From NCBI GenBank assembly GCA_963761335.1, contig CAVXGR010000018.1, forward strand, positions 768,001 to 832,000: 64,000 bases of DNA. Direction: 5' to 3'. Under the pieces are notes generated by a model, which was given only the letters and a program-made list of their open reading frames with translations, was not told the DNA's origin and did not search any database. Each line of letters opens with the position of its first letter. The stretch's first letter is position 1. A program made the position numbers and the translations under genes. The DNA is from an uncultured delta proteobacterium. GTDB taxonomy: Bacteria; Desulfobacterota; Binatia; HRBIN30; BPIQ01. Positions 10,188 to 20,270 of the stretch are shown one piece after another.

Positions 10188-12104
10188 ATGATGAACAAGA
10201 TCTCTGTCTACGCAGTCTGTATGGCTCTGCTTCTGACCGTCGGCTGCAACGACAACGACGGAGCCGGCTCGCCACCGCCTCTCGGCACCACCTCCGCAAA
10301 GCCCACGTTCGACTGGGGATACCCGCAGTACTCCGAGTACGAGGGCACGCAGCACGTGGGCAAGACTTTGTACGAGCAGGATCCCGCCTGTATTCAGCGC
10401 CTGACCTTCTACACCTGCGATGCCGTCGACGCGATGACGCCGAGCAATGAGATCACCAACCCGACGATGGCGAGCAGCTCGCTCACCGGCGGGCTCGACT
10501 CGTGCACCGCGGCCATCGAGGAGGAGCAGCCGAGCTACTGCATGCCCGCCGACGTCTGCAGTCCGTCGCGGCAGGCGACGGCGTGGGCACCCGGGCAGGC
10601 GAGCGTCGACAACCTGAGCTGGCAGCTGTTCATCGCCCTCAACTGGCCCGCCGATCCCAACAACCCGGGTTACCCGGACACCTCGAAGCCGCTCGGCGCG
10701 CCCGACGACTCGGGCACCGGCCACGCGCGGGTCGTGTGGCTCGACTACCCGACCCCGGAAGACCTCTTCGGCGTTCCGGCCCCCTGTGACGGCCTCACCC
10801 TGAAGATGACGACGAAGTTCTCCGACGCCTTTCTCAGCAAGAAGCATTCGCTGGCGGCGCTCGGCGGGGTGGTGCAGCCGGGCGGCGGCGTGCTCGTGGA
10901 CCAGAACAAGAAGATCGTCTACACCGACATCCGCGTCAATCGCACGGAGTGGGAGTTCATCGTCAACCAGAACGACTACTGGAAGACGGGTGCCAGCCTC
11001 GACGACATTCCCGCCAACCTGACGCGCGACTATATGGTCGCTCCCGGACAGACCGCGGGGGAGTTCCCGGCGGCGCTCGTGAACGACGGCGACCCCAACG
11101 GTCCGGTCGACGTCGGCTCGATGGAGCTCAAGGCGGCGTGGAGGCAGCTCACTCCCGAGGAGATCGCCTCGGGAACGTACTACACGCACACCATGACGCT
11201 CTACGACCCAGGCGCCGTCGCCGGCGGGCAGTGCAAGCAACAGGTGATGGGCCTGGTCGGCCTCCACATCGTCTACATGCCGGCGCAGTTCGGCAACCCC
11301 GAGTGGATCTGGGCCACCTTCGAGCATCGCCTCAACGTACCGACGGCCGGGATCAATGACGGCGAGACGAAGTTCTCCTTCTACAGCGCCGATTGCGCCA
11401 ACGACAAGACGCCGGAGCAGTGCGCCGCCTATGATCCGTCGACCGATTCGCCGCAGGACTTCCGCTGCTGCCCGAATCTCAAGCTCTACCCCAGCGCCGC
11501 GGACATCCCCACGGGCACGGATCCGGTGCCCAACCAGGTGACGCGGCTCACCAACCCGACGGTGTCGACCATCCTACCGACGAGGTGCAATGACCACTAC
11601 CTCAAGGCCATCACGAAATACTTCGGTGCCGACAACGTGTGGAAGAATTACTTCCTGGTGAGTGCCCAATGGCCGCTCCGGGGAGCGTCGACCAACCGTC
11701 CATTCTACCAGCCGGCGAACGAGGCGAACCTCCCCTGTCTTCTGCGCAACGCGACGCTGGAGACCTTTAGCGTCGGGCTGGAGACGCCCGACGTGAACGG
11801 CTGCAACGTCAACAACCAGTTCATGGGCTGCAGGAGCTGCAACGGCGACTGCGTGCTTCCCGCCGACGCCAGCGCCTCATGTCCGAACGGTCAGGACGCC
11901 GCCGATCAGTTCAACACCGCGACGTGCATGGGCTGCCACAGCGCCAACGCAGGGCAGAACTCGTCGTTCGTGTTCACGCATCGACCGTGCTGTGTGCGCA
12001 GCGACGAGACCTTTCCCAACACCTGTGGCACCCTGCTGCACCGAGACGGCTGCGAGGTGAAGCCGGGTTGCACGTGGGTCTCGGCCGATCCGGCGTGTGG
12101 GTGA
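10188..12104 (+). CDS. Cys-rich lipoprotein, putative c-type cytochrome
   Basis: GGAGG RBS; TVGC lipobox; one CxxCH (CMGCH) near the C-terminus; motifs SWQLFIALNWP, ELKAAWR and WIWATFEH. Confidence 0.7.
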   Translation: MMNKISVYAVCMALLLTVGCNDNDGAGSPPPLGTTSAKPTFDWGYPQYSEYEGTQHVGKTLYEQDPACIQRLTFYTCDAVDAMTPSNEITNPTMASSSLTGGLDSCTAAIEEEQPSYCMPADVCSPSRQATAWAPGQASVDNLSWQLFIALNWPADPNNPGYPDTSKPLGAPDDSGTGHARVVWLDYPTPEDLFGVPAPCDGLTLKMTTKFSDAFLSKKHSLAALGGVVQPGGGVLVDQNKKIVYTDIRVNRTEWEFIVNQNDYWKTGASLDDIPANLTRDYMVAPGQTAGEFPAALVNDGDPNGPVDVGSMELKAAWRQLTPEEIASGTYYTHTMTLYDPGAVAGGQCKQQVMGLVGLHIVYMPAQFGNPEWIWATFEHRLNVPTAGINDGETKFSFYSADCANDKTPEQCAAYDPSTDSPQDFRCCPNLKLYPSAADIPTGTDPVPNQVTRLTNPTVSTILPTRCNDHYLKAITKYFGADNVWKNYFLVSAQWPLRGASTNRPFYQPANEANLPCLLRNATLETFSVGLETPDVNGCNVNNQFMGCRSCNGDCVLPADASASCPNGQDAADQFNTATCMGCHSANAGQNSSFVFTHRPCCVRSDETFPNTCGTLLHRDGCEVKPGCTWVSADPACG

Positions 12105-12109
12105 CGGAC

Positions 12110-12562
12110 TCAGATCTGCAAGCGCGAGACAACTGCAGCTCGGATGTCTTGGGGATGCTCGACAATCGCCCGGATGCAGGCTCTCATGCCGGCAATCGAC
12201 GTCTCCGCCGACATGCTCGGGGCACCCAGGTTCTCCTCGCGGGCCGCAACCTCCGGCAGGTGCGGGAGGTGCACCCAGCCGGCGCGAATGGGCAGCCGGT
12301 TCACCGCGATGTGATGTAGGGCGCCGTACATCAGGTGATTGCAGCAGAAGGTTGCGGCAGTGTCGGAGATGTCGGCGGGGATGCCCGCCTCGCGCATGGC
12401 CGTCACCATCGCCCGGATCGGCAGGGTCGCATAGTAGGCGACGGGTCCGTCCGGGGCTGTCGCACCGGCGATGCTCACCCCGTCGAGCGCTCGGACCACG
12501 GCCTCGGCGGGGTTGGCGGGCGTATTGCCGAAGGGACCGTATCCAGTGAGGAGCACCTTCAT
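12110..12562 (-). pseudogene. pcp: Pyroglutamyl-peptidase I with an in-frame internal deletion (probably inactive)
   Basis: MKVLLTGYGPFG..NPA N-terminus and FCCNHLMY / WVHLP C-terminal motifs are present, but the protein is only 150 aa and lacks the central segment carrying the catalytic Glu (ER motif). Confidence 0.75.
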
Positions 12563-12693
12563 CGTCGCTGGCCGAGTCGTACCAGGATCGCCGGCATCCG
12601 ACAACGCCGCCTCGAACGGCGGGCTTCGTCTTGGTCGGCACAGACTCGTACGGGTTGACCGGACCGCTCTAATGGGCTTGTAAACGGACCTGC

Positions 12694-13686
12694 ATGCGAT
12701 TCGGATTTGCCCCAGTCCAGTCCCAGGCGACCTTCGCCGAAATGCAACGCCAGGCGCAGCTGGCGGAAGCGCTGGGCTTCGACACCCTGTGGGCGCACGA
12801 GCATCACTCGCAGGGGATGATATACCCGGATCCCCTCATGACGCTGGCGGCGCTCGCGCCGGCAACGCAGAGGATCCGGCTCGGCACCAACATGCTGCTG
12901 CTGCCGATCCATCACCCGCTGCGGGTTGCCGAAGCGGGCGCCATGGTCGACGTGCTCTCGCAGGGACGGCTCTGTCTCGGAGTTGCCGCCGGATACTCGG
13001 CGGTCGACCTGGAGGCTTTTGGCGTCTCGAAATCCGAGCGCGCGGTGCGGCTGAGCGAGGGCGTGGAGCTGATCCGTACGCTGTGGCGGGGCGATGAGGT
13101 CACCGGTGCCGGGGCGACGTTCCGGCTGGAGGCCTTTCGCCTGTTTCTCCGGCCGCTCCAACGGCCGTCGCCGCCGATCGTGATCGGCGGCAGCTCCGAC
13201 AAGGCCATCGACCGCGCCGCGCGGTTGGCCGACGCCTACGTGATCAGCACCACCGAGACGATGGAGAACGTCGCTCGCCGCGTCGACGTCTATCGCCGTG
13301 CTCTCCCCATGCACGGCAGGCCGTGGCGCGGACCGTGGCTGAACCGCATCGTCTGCACGGTGCGCGGCGCGGCAGAGAAGCGCGCCGCCCAGGAGTCGTA
13401 CAGCAAGGTCCTGCTCGCCTTCTACGACGCATGGGGGCACGCGAACATCACGCAGCTGCCGCCGGATGCGCGCACGCCTGAACGGGTCAGTGAGCAGCAC
13501 TTCATCATCGGGGAACCGGCGGAGTGCATCGAGCAGATCGAGGCGTATGCGGCGCTGGGCATCGATCACATCGCCTGCCTGATGAACTTCGGCAATCCCG
13601 ACCTGGGGTTTGTCGAGCAGTCGATGCGGCTATTCGGCGAGCGGGTCCTGCCCCGCGTGGCCGGCTCCGAGAGGCTCGGTACGTGA
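12694..13686 (+). CDS. LLM-class flavin-dependent oxidoreductase
   Basis: AEALGFDTLWAHEHH, TQRIRLGT, HPLRVAE and DVLSQGRL motifs. Confidence 0.9.
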   Translation: MRFGFAPVQSQATFAEMQRQAQLAEALGFDTLWAHEHHSQGMIYPDPLMTLAALAPATQRIRLGTNMLLLPIHHPLRVAEAGAMVDVLSQGRLCLGVAAGYSAVDLEAFGVSKSERAVRLSEGVELIRTLWRGDEVTGAGATFRLEAFRLFLRPLQRPSPPIVIGGSSDKAIDRAARLADAYVISTTETMENVARRVDVYRRALPMHGRPWRGPWLNRIVCTVRGAAEKRAAQESYSKVLLAFYDAWGHANITQLPPDARTPERVSEQHFIIGEPAECIEQIEAYAALGIDHIACLMNFGNPDLGFVEQSMRLFGERVLPRVAGSERLGT

Positions 13687-13723
13687 TCGAACTCGATCAG
13701 TTCCTGGGGGCGGTCCCGGGCCT

Positions 13724-14956
13724 CTAATTCGCGGTGCGGTCGACGGCGAGCTCGCCGTCCTTGACGATGGCGACGAATCGCTCCGGTTGCTCGAGGATGG
13801 TGATGTCCGCGGTTGGATCGCCGTCGAGGAGGAGCAGGTCGGCACGCGCCCCGGGCGCGATCACCCCGAGTTCGCCTTCCTGGTTGAGGATGCGGGCGTT
13901 GACGGTGGTCGCCGACTGCAGGATCTCCATCGCCGGCAGGACCTCGGCGCGGATGCGGAACTCGCGGCTCTGCTGATCGTGCGTCTCGCCGAGCAGGTCG
14001 GTGCCGAAGCCGAGGGGGACGCCGGCGGCGCGCGCGATCTCGAGCGACGCCAGGCCGGCGTCGAGGACGTCGCGCACCTTGCGCTGGCTGACCTCGGGAA
14101 AGCCGAGGGCGTGTCCGAGCTCGTCGATCACGTAGTAGGTCACCAGCGTCGGCACCAGGAAGGCCCCCTGCGCGGCCATGAATGCCGCCGTCTCGGCGTC
14201 GATCAGGTTGCCGTGCTCGATGGTGCGCACGCCTGCGGTGACGGCGCGGCGGATGGCCTCGGGCGTGTAGGCGTGCGCCAGCGCGTAGGTGCGCCAGCTG
14301 CGCGCCTCCTCGACGATGGCGCGCATCTCCTCTTCCGAGTACTGCAGCACCCAGACCGGATCGGAGGGCGAGGCGACGCCCCCGGAGGCCATGATCTTCA
14401 CCTGGCGGGCGCCGCGCCGCAGCTCCTCGCGCGCCGCGCGGCGCACCGCGTCGACGCCGTCGGCCACGTGGCTGAAGCCGCTCGAGTAGATCGTGCAGGC
14501 ACACAGCGGCCCGTCCTGGAGAGGGCGGAAGTCGCCGTGGCCACCGGTCTGCGACAGCACCCGGCCGGAGAAGAACAGGCGCGGGCCGCGCACCAGACCG
14601 CGTTCCACCGCCTGCGCCAGTCCCCAGTCGGCGCCGCCGGCGTCGCGCACGGTGGTGAAGCCCCGGCGCAGCATGTTCTCCATGATCTGTCTCGCCTCGA
14701 GGGCGACGAGGGTGAGCGGCCTGGTGGTCATCGAGGCGAGGTTCATGCTGGTGATGGTCACGTGCACGTGCGCATCGATCAGCCCCGGCATGAGCACGCG
14801 CCCGGCACAGGGCACGACGCGGGCGCTCCCCGGCGGCAGCGGTCGATCCGACACCTCGACGATGCGGTCGCCTTCGACGCGCACCGCGGTCTCCGGGCGG
14901 AGTACGCCGGCGCCGGTGTCGAGCATGGTGCAGTTCTCAAAGAGGATCGCGGCCAT
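13724..14956 (-). CDS. Metal-dependent amidohydrolase (prolidase-like subgroup)
   Basis: MPGLIDAHVH, GFTTVRDAGG, KIMASGGVAS, TIEHG and GFGTDL motifs. Confidence 0.9.
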   Translation of the reverse strand: MAAILFENCTMLDTGAGVLRPETAVRVEGDRIVEVSDRPLPPGSARVVPCAGRVLMPGLIDAHVHVTITSMNLASMTTRPLTLVALEARQIMENMLRRGFTTVRDAGGADWGLAQAVERGLVRGPRLFFSGRVLSQTGGHGDFRPLQDGPLCACTIYSSGFSHVADGVDAVRRAAREELRRGARQVKIMASGGVASPSDPVWVLQYSEEEMRAIVEEARSWRTYALAHAYTPEAIRRAVTAGVRTIEHGNLIDAETAAFMAAQGAFLVPTLVTYYVIDELGHALGFPEVSQRKVRDVLDAGLASLEIARAAGVPLGFGTDLLGETHDQQSREFRIRAEVLPAMEILQSATTVNARILNQEGELGVIAPGARADLLLLDGDPTADITILEQPERFVAIVKDGELAVDRTAN

Positions 14957-15068
14957 GGGAGGAACTCTGACACAGGAAGCGGAACGCCGCCACGGGACAC
15001 CGGCGACCGGCTCCTATTCGGCGCCGGAAATCGTCAACGAAGGGAGCGGCGTCTCGTCGTCGAAAAGG

Positions 15069-15734
15069 TGCACTGCTTCGAAAATCTATTGGGTACGCTT
15101 CGGGGACGCGTTCCCTCTCCCGCATTACTGGCGGGAGAATGCGGGGAGAGGAGACCCGCCCCCGCGGCGCGGAAGTATCATCGCAAGCGTCTAATCAGTG
15201 AATCAGGACGCCGTCCATTTTCATCGTCTGCTGGTGAGCCGAAAGGGCTCATGATGCACTGCTTCGAAAATCTGTTGGGTGAAGGGTCTGGCGCAGCCCC
15301 GGCGCTTGGCGTGGAGGCTTATCGCCCCGAAAGGGTCTGGCGCAGCCCCGGCGCTTGGCGTGGAGCTTATCGCCCCGGAGGGGCGCGGGCATGTAGCCCC
15401 GGGTGCCAACCCGGGGACCGCGTTCCGATTGCCCGGATCAGCGCCCCGGAGGGGCGCAGGCGTAGAGGCCGCGTGAATCACGTTGATGAGCTTCCCACGC
15501 ACCCAGCGGTGATCATCGGCGTACAGGCGCGACATCGACGAAATTTTGCCCGCGGCCCTGGCGGGGCGCCGATGACGGACCGCGCACTTTTCCCCGGGTT
15601 TCACCCGGGGCTACACGCCACCGCCCCTCCGGGGCGAAGGTCGCGCAGGCGAGAACCTCCAAATCTCTTGGCGGGGCAATCCCCGGCCTCATCTTCATCA
15701 TCCACTGGCGAGCCGCAAGGCTCATGATGCACTG
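15069..15734. repeat. Composite intergenic repeat region (direct repeats, tandem duplication, GTAG-type REP pair)
   Basis: 26-bp direct repeat 15069-15094 / 15255-15280; ~42-bp direct repeat 15220-15261 / 15694-15734; 49-bp tandem unit 15282-15378; inverted GTAG-hairpin pair 15393-15614. Confidence 0.8.
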
Positions 15735-15742
15735 TTCCCATT

Positions 15743-16468
15743 TTACCGTGCGCGTTCCAGGAACTGGCGCAGTGCCGCGTTGAACTCCTCGGGCCGCTCC
15801 TCCTGCGGCGCGTGCGCGGCGTCGGCGATGGGGCACATCTCGCTCTTCGGAATCAGCTCGCCCAGCCGCACACATCCCTCGACGAGTGCCGTCGCGTCGC
15901 AGGTGCCGTAGATGATGAGAGCGGGGGCGGTGATCTGCGGCGCGCGCTCCTCAGTGCCTTGCCAGCTCATCAGTGCCCGCCATCCCGCCAGGAGAGTTTC
16001 CGGCGTCATGCGCGACATGCGCGCCATCACCTCTTCCTGGCGTTTCGGTGGCAGCGGTCGCGGCGGCTCGGGAATCTCCACCTTGTGGCCCGCGAAGCGG
16101 TACGAGGTGTCCTCCAGAATCAGCGACAACAGCTTTGCCGGGCTGCGCAGGGCGATCTCCTGGACGACGGCCCCGCCCATGGAGTGTCCGAGCAGATGGT
16201 AGCGCTCGAAGCCGACGTGCGCCGCCAGGGCTTCGACGTCGTCGGCCATGAGGTCGATGCTCATGGCGGTGGGATCGGCGGGCGCCTGGGAGTGGCCGTG
16301 GCCGCGGTTGTCGAGAACCAACAGGCGATGCGTGCGCGAGAACTCGGGAATCTGGTGGCGCCAGTCGGTGACGTCGCCGGTGAATCCATGGACGAAGACA
16401 AGGGGATCCCCGCTGGTGCCGTGCAGCTCGTAATGGAGCTTGAGGCCGTCGGGCGAGATGAAATCCAT
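15743..16468 (-). CDS. Alpha/beta-fold hydrolase
   Basis: FVHGF, DNRGHGHS, GHSMGG nucleophile elbow and AAHAP His motif. Confidence 0.9.
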   Translation of the reverse strand: MDFISPDGLKLHYELHGTSGDPLVFVHGFTGDVTDWRHQIPEFSRTHRLLVLDNRGHGHSQAPADPTAMSIDLMADDVEALAAHVGFERYHLLGHSMGGAVVQEIALRSPAKLLSLILEDTSYRFAGHKVEIPEPPRPLPPKRQEEVMARMSRMTPETLLAGWRALMSWQGTEERAPQITAPALIIYGTCDATALVEGCVRLGELIPKSEMCPIADAAHAPQEERPEEFNAALRQFLERAR

Positions 16469-16509
16469 GCGCGCACATGGCGCAGAGGCTGGCGCCGGTC
16501 AAGCCGGGA

Positions 16510-16648
16510 TGGCTCAGTATCTCTGTGACTCGGTGGCTCGGTATCTCGCTGGGTTGGGTACCGGGTTGTCGGGTTAGCGGGTTAGTGAGTTGGGCGTTGC
16601 GGATCATCCAAACCCGCAAACTCGACAACCCGACAACCGAGCCACCGT
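16510..16648. repeat. Octamer-periodic palindromic repeat
   Basis: tggctcag/tatctctg/tgactcgg/tggctcgg units, then ttgtcggg-type units with their complementary cccgacaa/ccgagcca units. Confidence 0.65.
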
Positions 16649-16696
16649 TCCGCTCCGCTTGCCGCCGCTGGGGTTTTGTTTCATCCTTGGCGCTCT

Positions 16697-17797
16697 ATGG
16701 TCGTTCTTTCCGATATTGCCGAGGTGGCGGCGGCGCCGAGGGTGCGCCGTTTCGGCGCCGATCTGCCGGCGCGCTTCGCCGGGCTGGAGGCGGAGTATCG
16801 GGCGGTTCGCCAGAACGCCGGCGTCTACGATGCGTCGTTTCGCCAATGGCTGCGGGCCGTCGGCGATGACCGCGTCGACTTCATGCAGGGCATGCTCAGC
16901 AACGACGTTCGCGCCCTGCGCCCGGGCGGCGGCACCTACGCTACGCTGCTCACCCAGCAGGGGAAGATCGTCTCCGACCTGCGCGTCTACGCGGCCGAGG
17001 ATCATCTGCTGCTCGATCTGCCGTCGATCGCGGCGGCGGCGGCGCGGGCGGCGCTCGAGAAGCTGATCGTCGCCGACGATGTCGAGCTCGAGCCGCTGGA
17101 GCTGGTGCTGCTGGGCATCGAGGGGCCACGCTTTGCCGAGATCCTGCAGCAGAGCGGCGCCGCGGTGCCGCCTGGCGACGGCCTTGCCTGGAATGAGACC
17201 GCGATCGGCGGCGTGCCCGTGCGCCTGGCGCTGGCGAGCCACAGCGGCGAGGTGGGGGCACTGCTCGGCTGCGCGCCCGCGGACGCCGCCGCCGTATGGG
17301 CGGCGCTGCGCCGGGCAGGCGCCGAGCCCGTGGGCGCGGAGGCTCTCGATGCCCTGCGCATCGAGGCCGGCGTCCCCTGGATGGGCGTCGACATGGACGA
17401 CGGCGTGCTGGTGATGGAGGCGGGTCTCGCGGGCGCCGTCAGCTTCACGAAGGGCTGCTATCTGGGACAGGAGGTGGTCGAGCGCGTCTCGGCGCGCGGG
17501 CACGTCAACCGTCGCCGCGCCGGCCTGGAGATCCCCAGCGGCGACGTGCAGTCCGGGGCGGCGCTCTTCGTCGAGGCGCGGGATGTCGGCCACCTCACCA
17601 GCGTGGCACGCGTTCCCGGTCGCCGCGGCTCCATCGGCATGGGATACGTGCGGCGCGAGCACCTCGATCCCGGCACCGAGCTCGAGGTGGGGAGCCCGGG
17701 GAGCGGCGTGCGGGCCCGCCTGGCGCCCTTGCCCTTCCACTCCGTTCCCGCCACAAAGGGCTGGCCGGACGTGCGGCCGCCCGCCGCCGGAGGCTGA
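16697..17797 (+). CDS. ygfZ: Folate-binding YgfZ/GcvT-family protein
   Basis: KGCYLGQE signature; GcvT-like N-terminal motifs. Confidence 0.85.
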   Translation: MVVLSDIAEVAAAPRVRRFGADLPARFAGLEAEYRAVRQNAGVYDASFRQWLRAVGDDRVDFMQGMLSNDVRALRPGGGTYATLLTQQGKIVSDLRVYAAEDHLLLDLPSIAAAAARAALEKLIVADDVELEPLELVLLGIEGPRFAEILQQSGAAVPPGDGLAWNETAIGGVPVRLALASHSGEVGALLGCAPADAAAVWAALRRAGAEPVGAEALDALRIEAGVPWMGVDMDDGVLVMEAGLAGAVSFTKGCYLGQEVVERVSARGHVNRRRAGLEIPSGDVQSGAALFVEARDVGHLTSVARVPGRRGSIGMGYVRREHLDPGTELEVGSPGSGVRARLAPLPFHSVPATKGWPDVRPPAAGG

Positions 17798-17816
17798 GAA
17801 GCGAGGGGGAACGCTC

Positions 17817-17960
17817 ATGGCGAATCAACTGGGCAAACGCTACATCTGTGAGACCTGCGGCACCGAGGCGCTCTGCAACAAGCCGGGCGCCGGCACCGCC
17901 ACCTGCTGCGGCCAGGAGATGAAATTGAAGGAGGCCAAGCCGCTGCCGTCGTCCGACTGA
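17817..17960 (+). CDS. Desulforedoxin-like miniprotein, 47 aa (CxxC...CC)
   Basis: GAGGGGG RBS; MANQLGKRYICETCG...TCCGQEMKLKEAKPLPSSD. Confidence 0.8.
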   Translation: MANQLGKRYICETCGTEALCNKPGAGTATCCGQEMKLKEAKPLPSSD

Positions 17961-17979
17961 GGCGGCGAGCGCAGGCGAC

Positions 17980-18723
17980 ATGAAGCGCGCCCCCGCCGTC
18001 ATCTATGACAAGCAGCGCCAGGTCGGCGTCATCTCCCTCAACCGTCCGCATGTCCTGAACGCCTACGACGTCGCCATGCGCGACGCGCTCCACGAGGCCC
18101 TGGGCGCGGTGCGCGACGATTCGGAGGTGCGCGCCGTCATCCTGCGCGGCAACGGCCCGGCCTTCTCGACGGGGGGCGATCTCTCCGAGTTCGGCTCGGC
18201 GCCGTCGCCGGTGGCGGCGCGGCAGGCGCGCTGGGGACGGGACGTCTGGGGGATCCTGCGGCGTTTGCCGAAGCCGACGATCGCCGCGGTGCACGGCTAC
18301 GCGGTCGGCGGCGGCTGGGAGATGGCGATGCTCTGCGATCTCCGCATCGCCAGCGCCGAGACGTGCTTCGCTCTGCCGGAGACCGGCCTCGGCATGATTC
18401 CGGGCGTGGGCGGGACGCAGACCGCGGCGCGCCTGGGAGGGGAGGGCCGCGCCCTCGACTGGGTGCTCACCGGCCGCTGGCTGGACGCGCGCCAGGCGCT
18501 GCGCCTGGGCATGGTCACGCGCGTCGTGGCGCGATCGCGGCTCGAGGCGACCGCGTTCGGCCTGGCGCGGCGGCTGGCCTCGATGAGCGCCTCTGTGATC
18601 TCCGCCAGCAAGCGGGCGGTACGCGAAGGGCGCGACCTGTCGCTGGTGGCAGGGCTGGCCCTCGAACGGCGACTCGCGGCAGCGCCGGCCGCCGATCCCC
18701 AGGAGCGCGAAAGGACCATATGA
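17980..18723 (+). CDS. Enoyl-CoA hydratase/isomerase family protein
   Basis: LNRPHVLNA, FSTGGDL and GGGWE...ALPE (both catalytic Glu positions present). Confidence 0.9.
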   Translation: MKRAPAVIYDKQRQVGVISLNRPHVLNAYDVAMRDALHEALGAVRDDSEVRAVILRGNGPAFSTGGDLSEFGSAPSPVAARQARWGRDVWGILRRLPKPTIAAVHGYAVGGGWEMAMLCDLRIASAETCFALPETGLGMIPGVGGTQTAARLGGEGRALDWVLTGRWLDARQALRLGMVTRVVARSRLEATAFGLARRLASMSASVISASKRAVREGRDLSLVAGLALERRLAAAPAADPQERERTI

Positions 18724-20270
18724 ATACCTCGAACTTCGTCGGCATCCCGGCACAGCTGTTTGCCGAGCAGGAGATCCTCGTCTTCGAGTCGGCGCGGCTC
18801 ACCTACGGGGAGCTCTGGGACCGCATCCAGCGCACCGCCGCCGCCCTGCACGATCTCGGAGTCGGGTGCGGCGACCGCGTCGCCGTGCTGCAGACCAACT
18901 CGCATCAGTACGTGGAGTCCTACTTCGCCGTCGCCGCTCTCGGAGCCGTCTTCGTGCCGGTCAACTACCGCGCCAAGCTGCCCGAGCTGGAGCACATGCT
19001 CGGCTCGGCGCACACCAAGGTGGTGATCGTCGGCGACCGTTACGCGGAGATGGTCGAGAGCTTGCGGCCGCAGCTGCCGAGCGTCGAGTCGGTGGTGACC
19101 ATGGAGCACCCGCGGGCGGGGATGCCGCACCTGGAGGATCTGGTGCAGCGGTCGGCGCCACATGCCGTGGAAGAGGAGACGGACGACGAGGAGACCACCA
19201 TCCTCATGTACACCAGCGGCACCACGGCTCTGCCCAAGGGCGTGATGCTGACCCACAACGACTTCACCGCCTACGTCTGCGGCAACGTCGAGCTGGCAGA
19301 CGGTACGCCTCGCGGCGCCGCCTTGCTCTGCGTGCCCCTCTATCACATCGCCGGCGCCACCAACGTCATGTCGACGCTGTTCACCGGCCGCAAGCTGGTG
19401 CTCCTCCGGCAGTTCGAGGCGCGCGAGTGGCTCGAGGCGGTGGAGAGGGAACGCATCACCCATGCCTTCGTGGTGCCGACGATGATGAAGCAGATCATCG
19501 ACCATCCGGACTTCGCCCGGCGCGATCTGAGCAGCCTCCAGTCGCTGTCGTACGGCGGCGCCACCATGCCGTTTCCGGTCATTCGGCGCGCCGTGGAGCT
19601 GTTCCCGAAGACGGTCGGCTTCGTCAACGCCTTCGGGCAGACGGAAACCACTTCGACCTTGACGCTCCTTGGCCCCGACGATCACCGCCTGGACGGAGCG
19701 CCCGAGGAGGTGGAGCGCAACCTGCGCCGGCTGGTGTCGATCGGGCGGCCGCTTCCCGATGTCGAGGTGCGGGTCGTCGACGACGACGGTGCGGTGGTGC
19801 CGGCGGGGACGGTCGGCGAGCTCTGGGTGCGCACGCCGCGCGTCATGAAGGGGTACGCGTCGGCCAACGGCGCCAGCTCGCCGCTCCAGGCCGACGGCTG
19901 GCTCCCCACCCGCGACATGGGCTGGATCGATCCCGACGGCTATATCTTTCTCGCCGGGCGCAAGGACGACATGATCATCCGCGGCGGCGAGAACATCGCC
20001 CCGGCGGAGATCGAGGCGGTCCTCTACTCGCATCCGTCGATCGAAGAGGCGGCGGTGATCGGCGTCGCCGACGCGGAATGGGGGCAGCGGGTCGCCGCGG
20101 TGATCGTGGCGCGTCCCGGGGCGGTGTTGGATACCGGTGAGGTGCAGGAGTTCTGCCGTCGGCGCCTCGCTTCCTTCAAGAAGCCGGAGGTGGTGCGCAT
20201 CGTCGAGTCCCTGCCGAAGAATCCCATGGGCAAGATCCTCAAGCGCGAGCTGCGCCAGATGGTGGCGTAG
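18720..20270 (+). CDS. Acyl-CoA synthetase (long-chain fatty-acid--CoA ligase family)
   Basis: YTSGTTALPKG P-loop, FGQTE, GRKDDMIIRGGENI and LPKNPMGKI; ATGA overlap with the upstream gene. Confidence 0.92.
   Translation: MNTSNFVGIPAQLFAEQEILVFESARLTYGELWDRIQRTAAALHDLGVGCGDRVAVLQTNSHQYVESYFAVAALGAVFVPVNYRAKLPELEHMLGSAHTKVVIVGDRYAEMVESLRPQLPSVESVVTMEHPRAGMPHLEDLVQRSAPHAVEEETDDEETTILMYTSGTTALPKGVMLTHNDFTAYVCGNVELADGTPRGAALLCVPLYHIAGATNVMSTLFTGRKLVLLRQFEAREWLEAVERERITHAFVVPTMMKQIIDHPDFARRDLSSLQSLSYGGATMPFPVIRRAVELFPKTVGFVNAFGQTETTSTLTLLGPDDHRLDGAPEEVERNLRRLVSIGRPLPDVEVRVVDDDGAVVPAGTVGELWVRTPRVMKGYASANGASSPLQADGWLPTRDMGWIDPDGYIFLAGRKDDMIIRGGENIAPAEIEAVLYSHPSIEEAAVIGVADAEWGQRVAAVIVARPGAVLDTGEVQEFCRRRLASFKKPEVVRIVESLPKNPMGKILKRELRQMVA

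Noticed and set aside
15069..15734. Possible CRISPR array or coding sequence
   Set aside because: Each repeat has only two copies, spacing is irregular and no cas genes are present; the ORFs here have no motifs.
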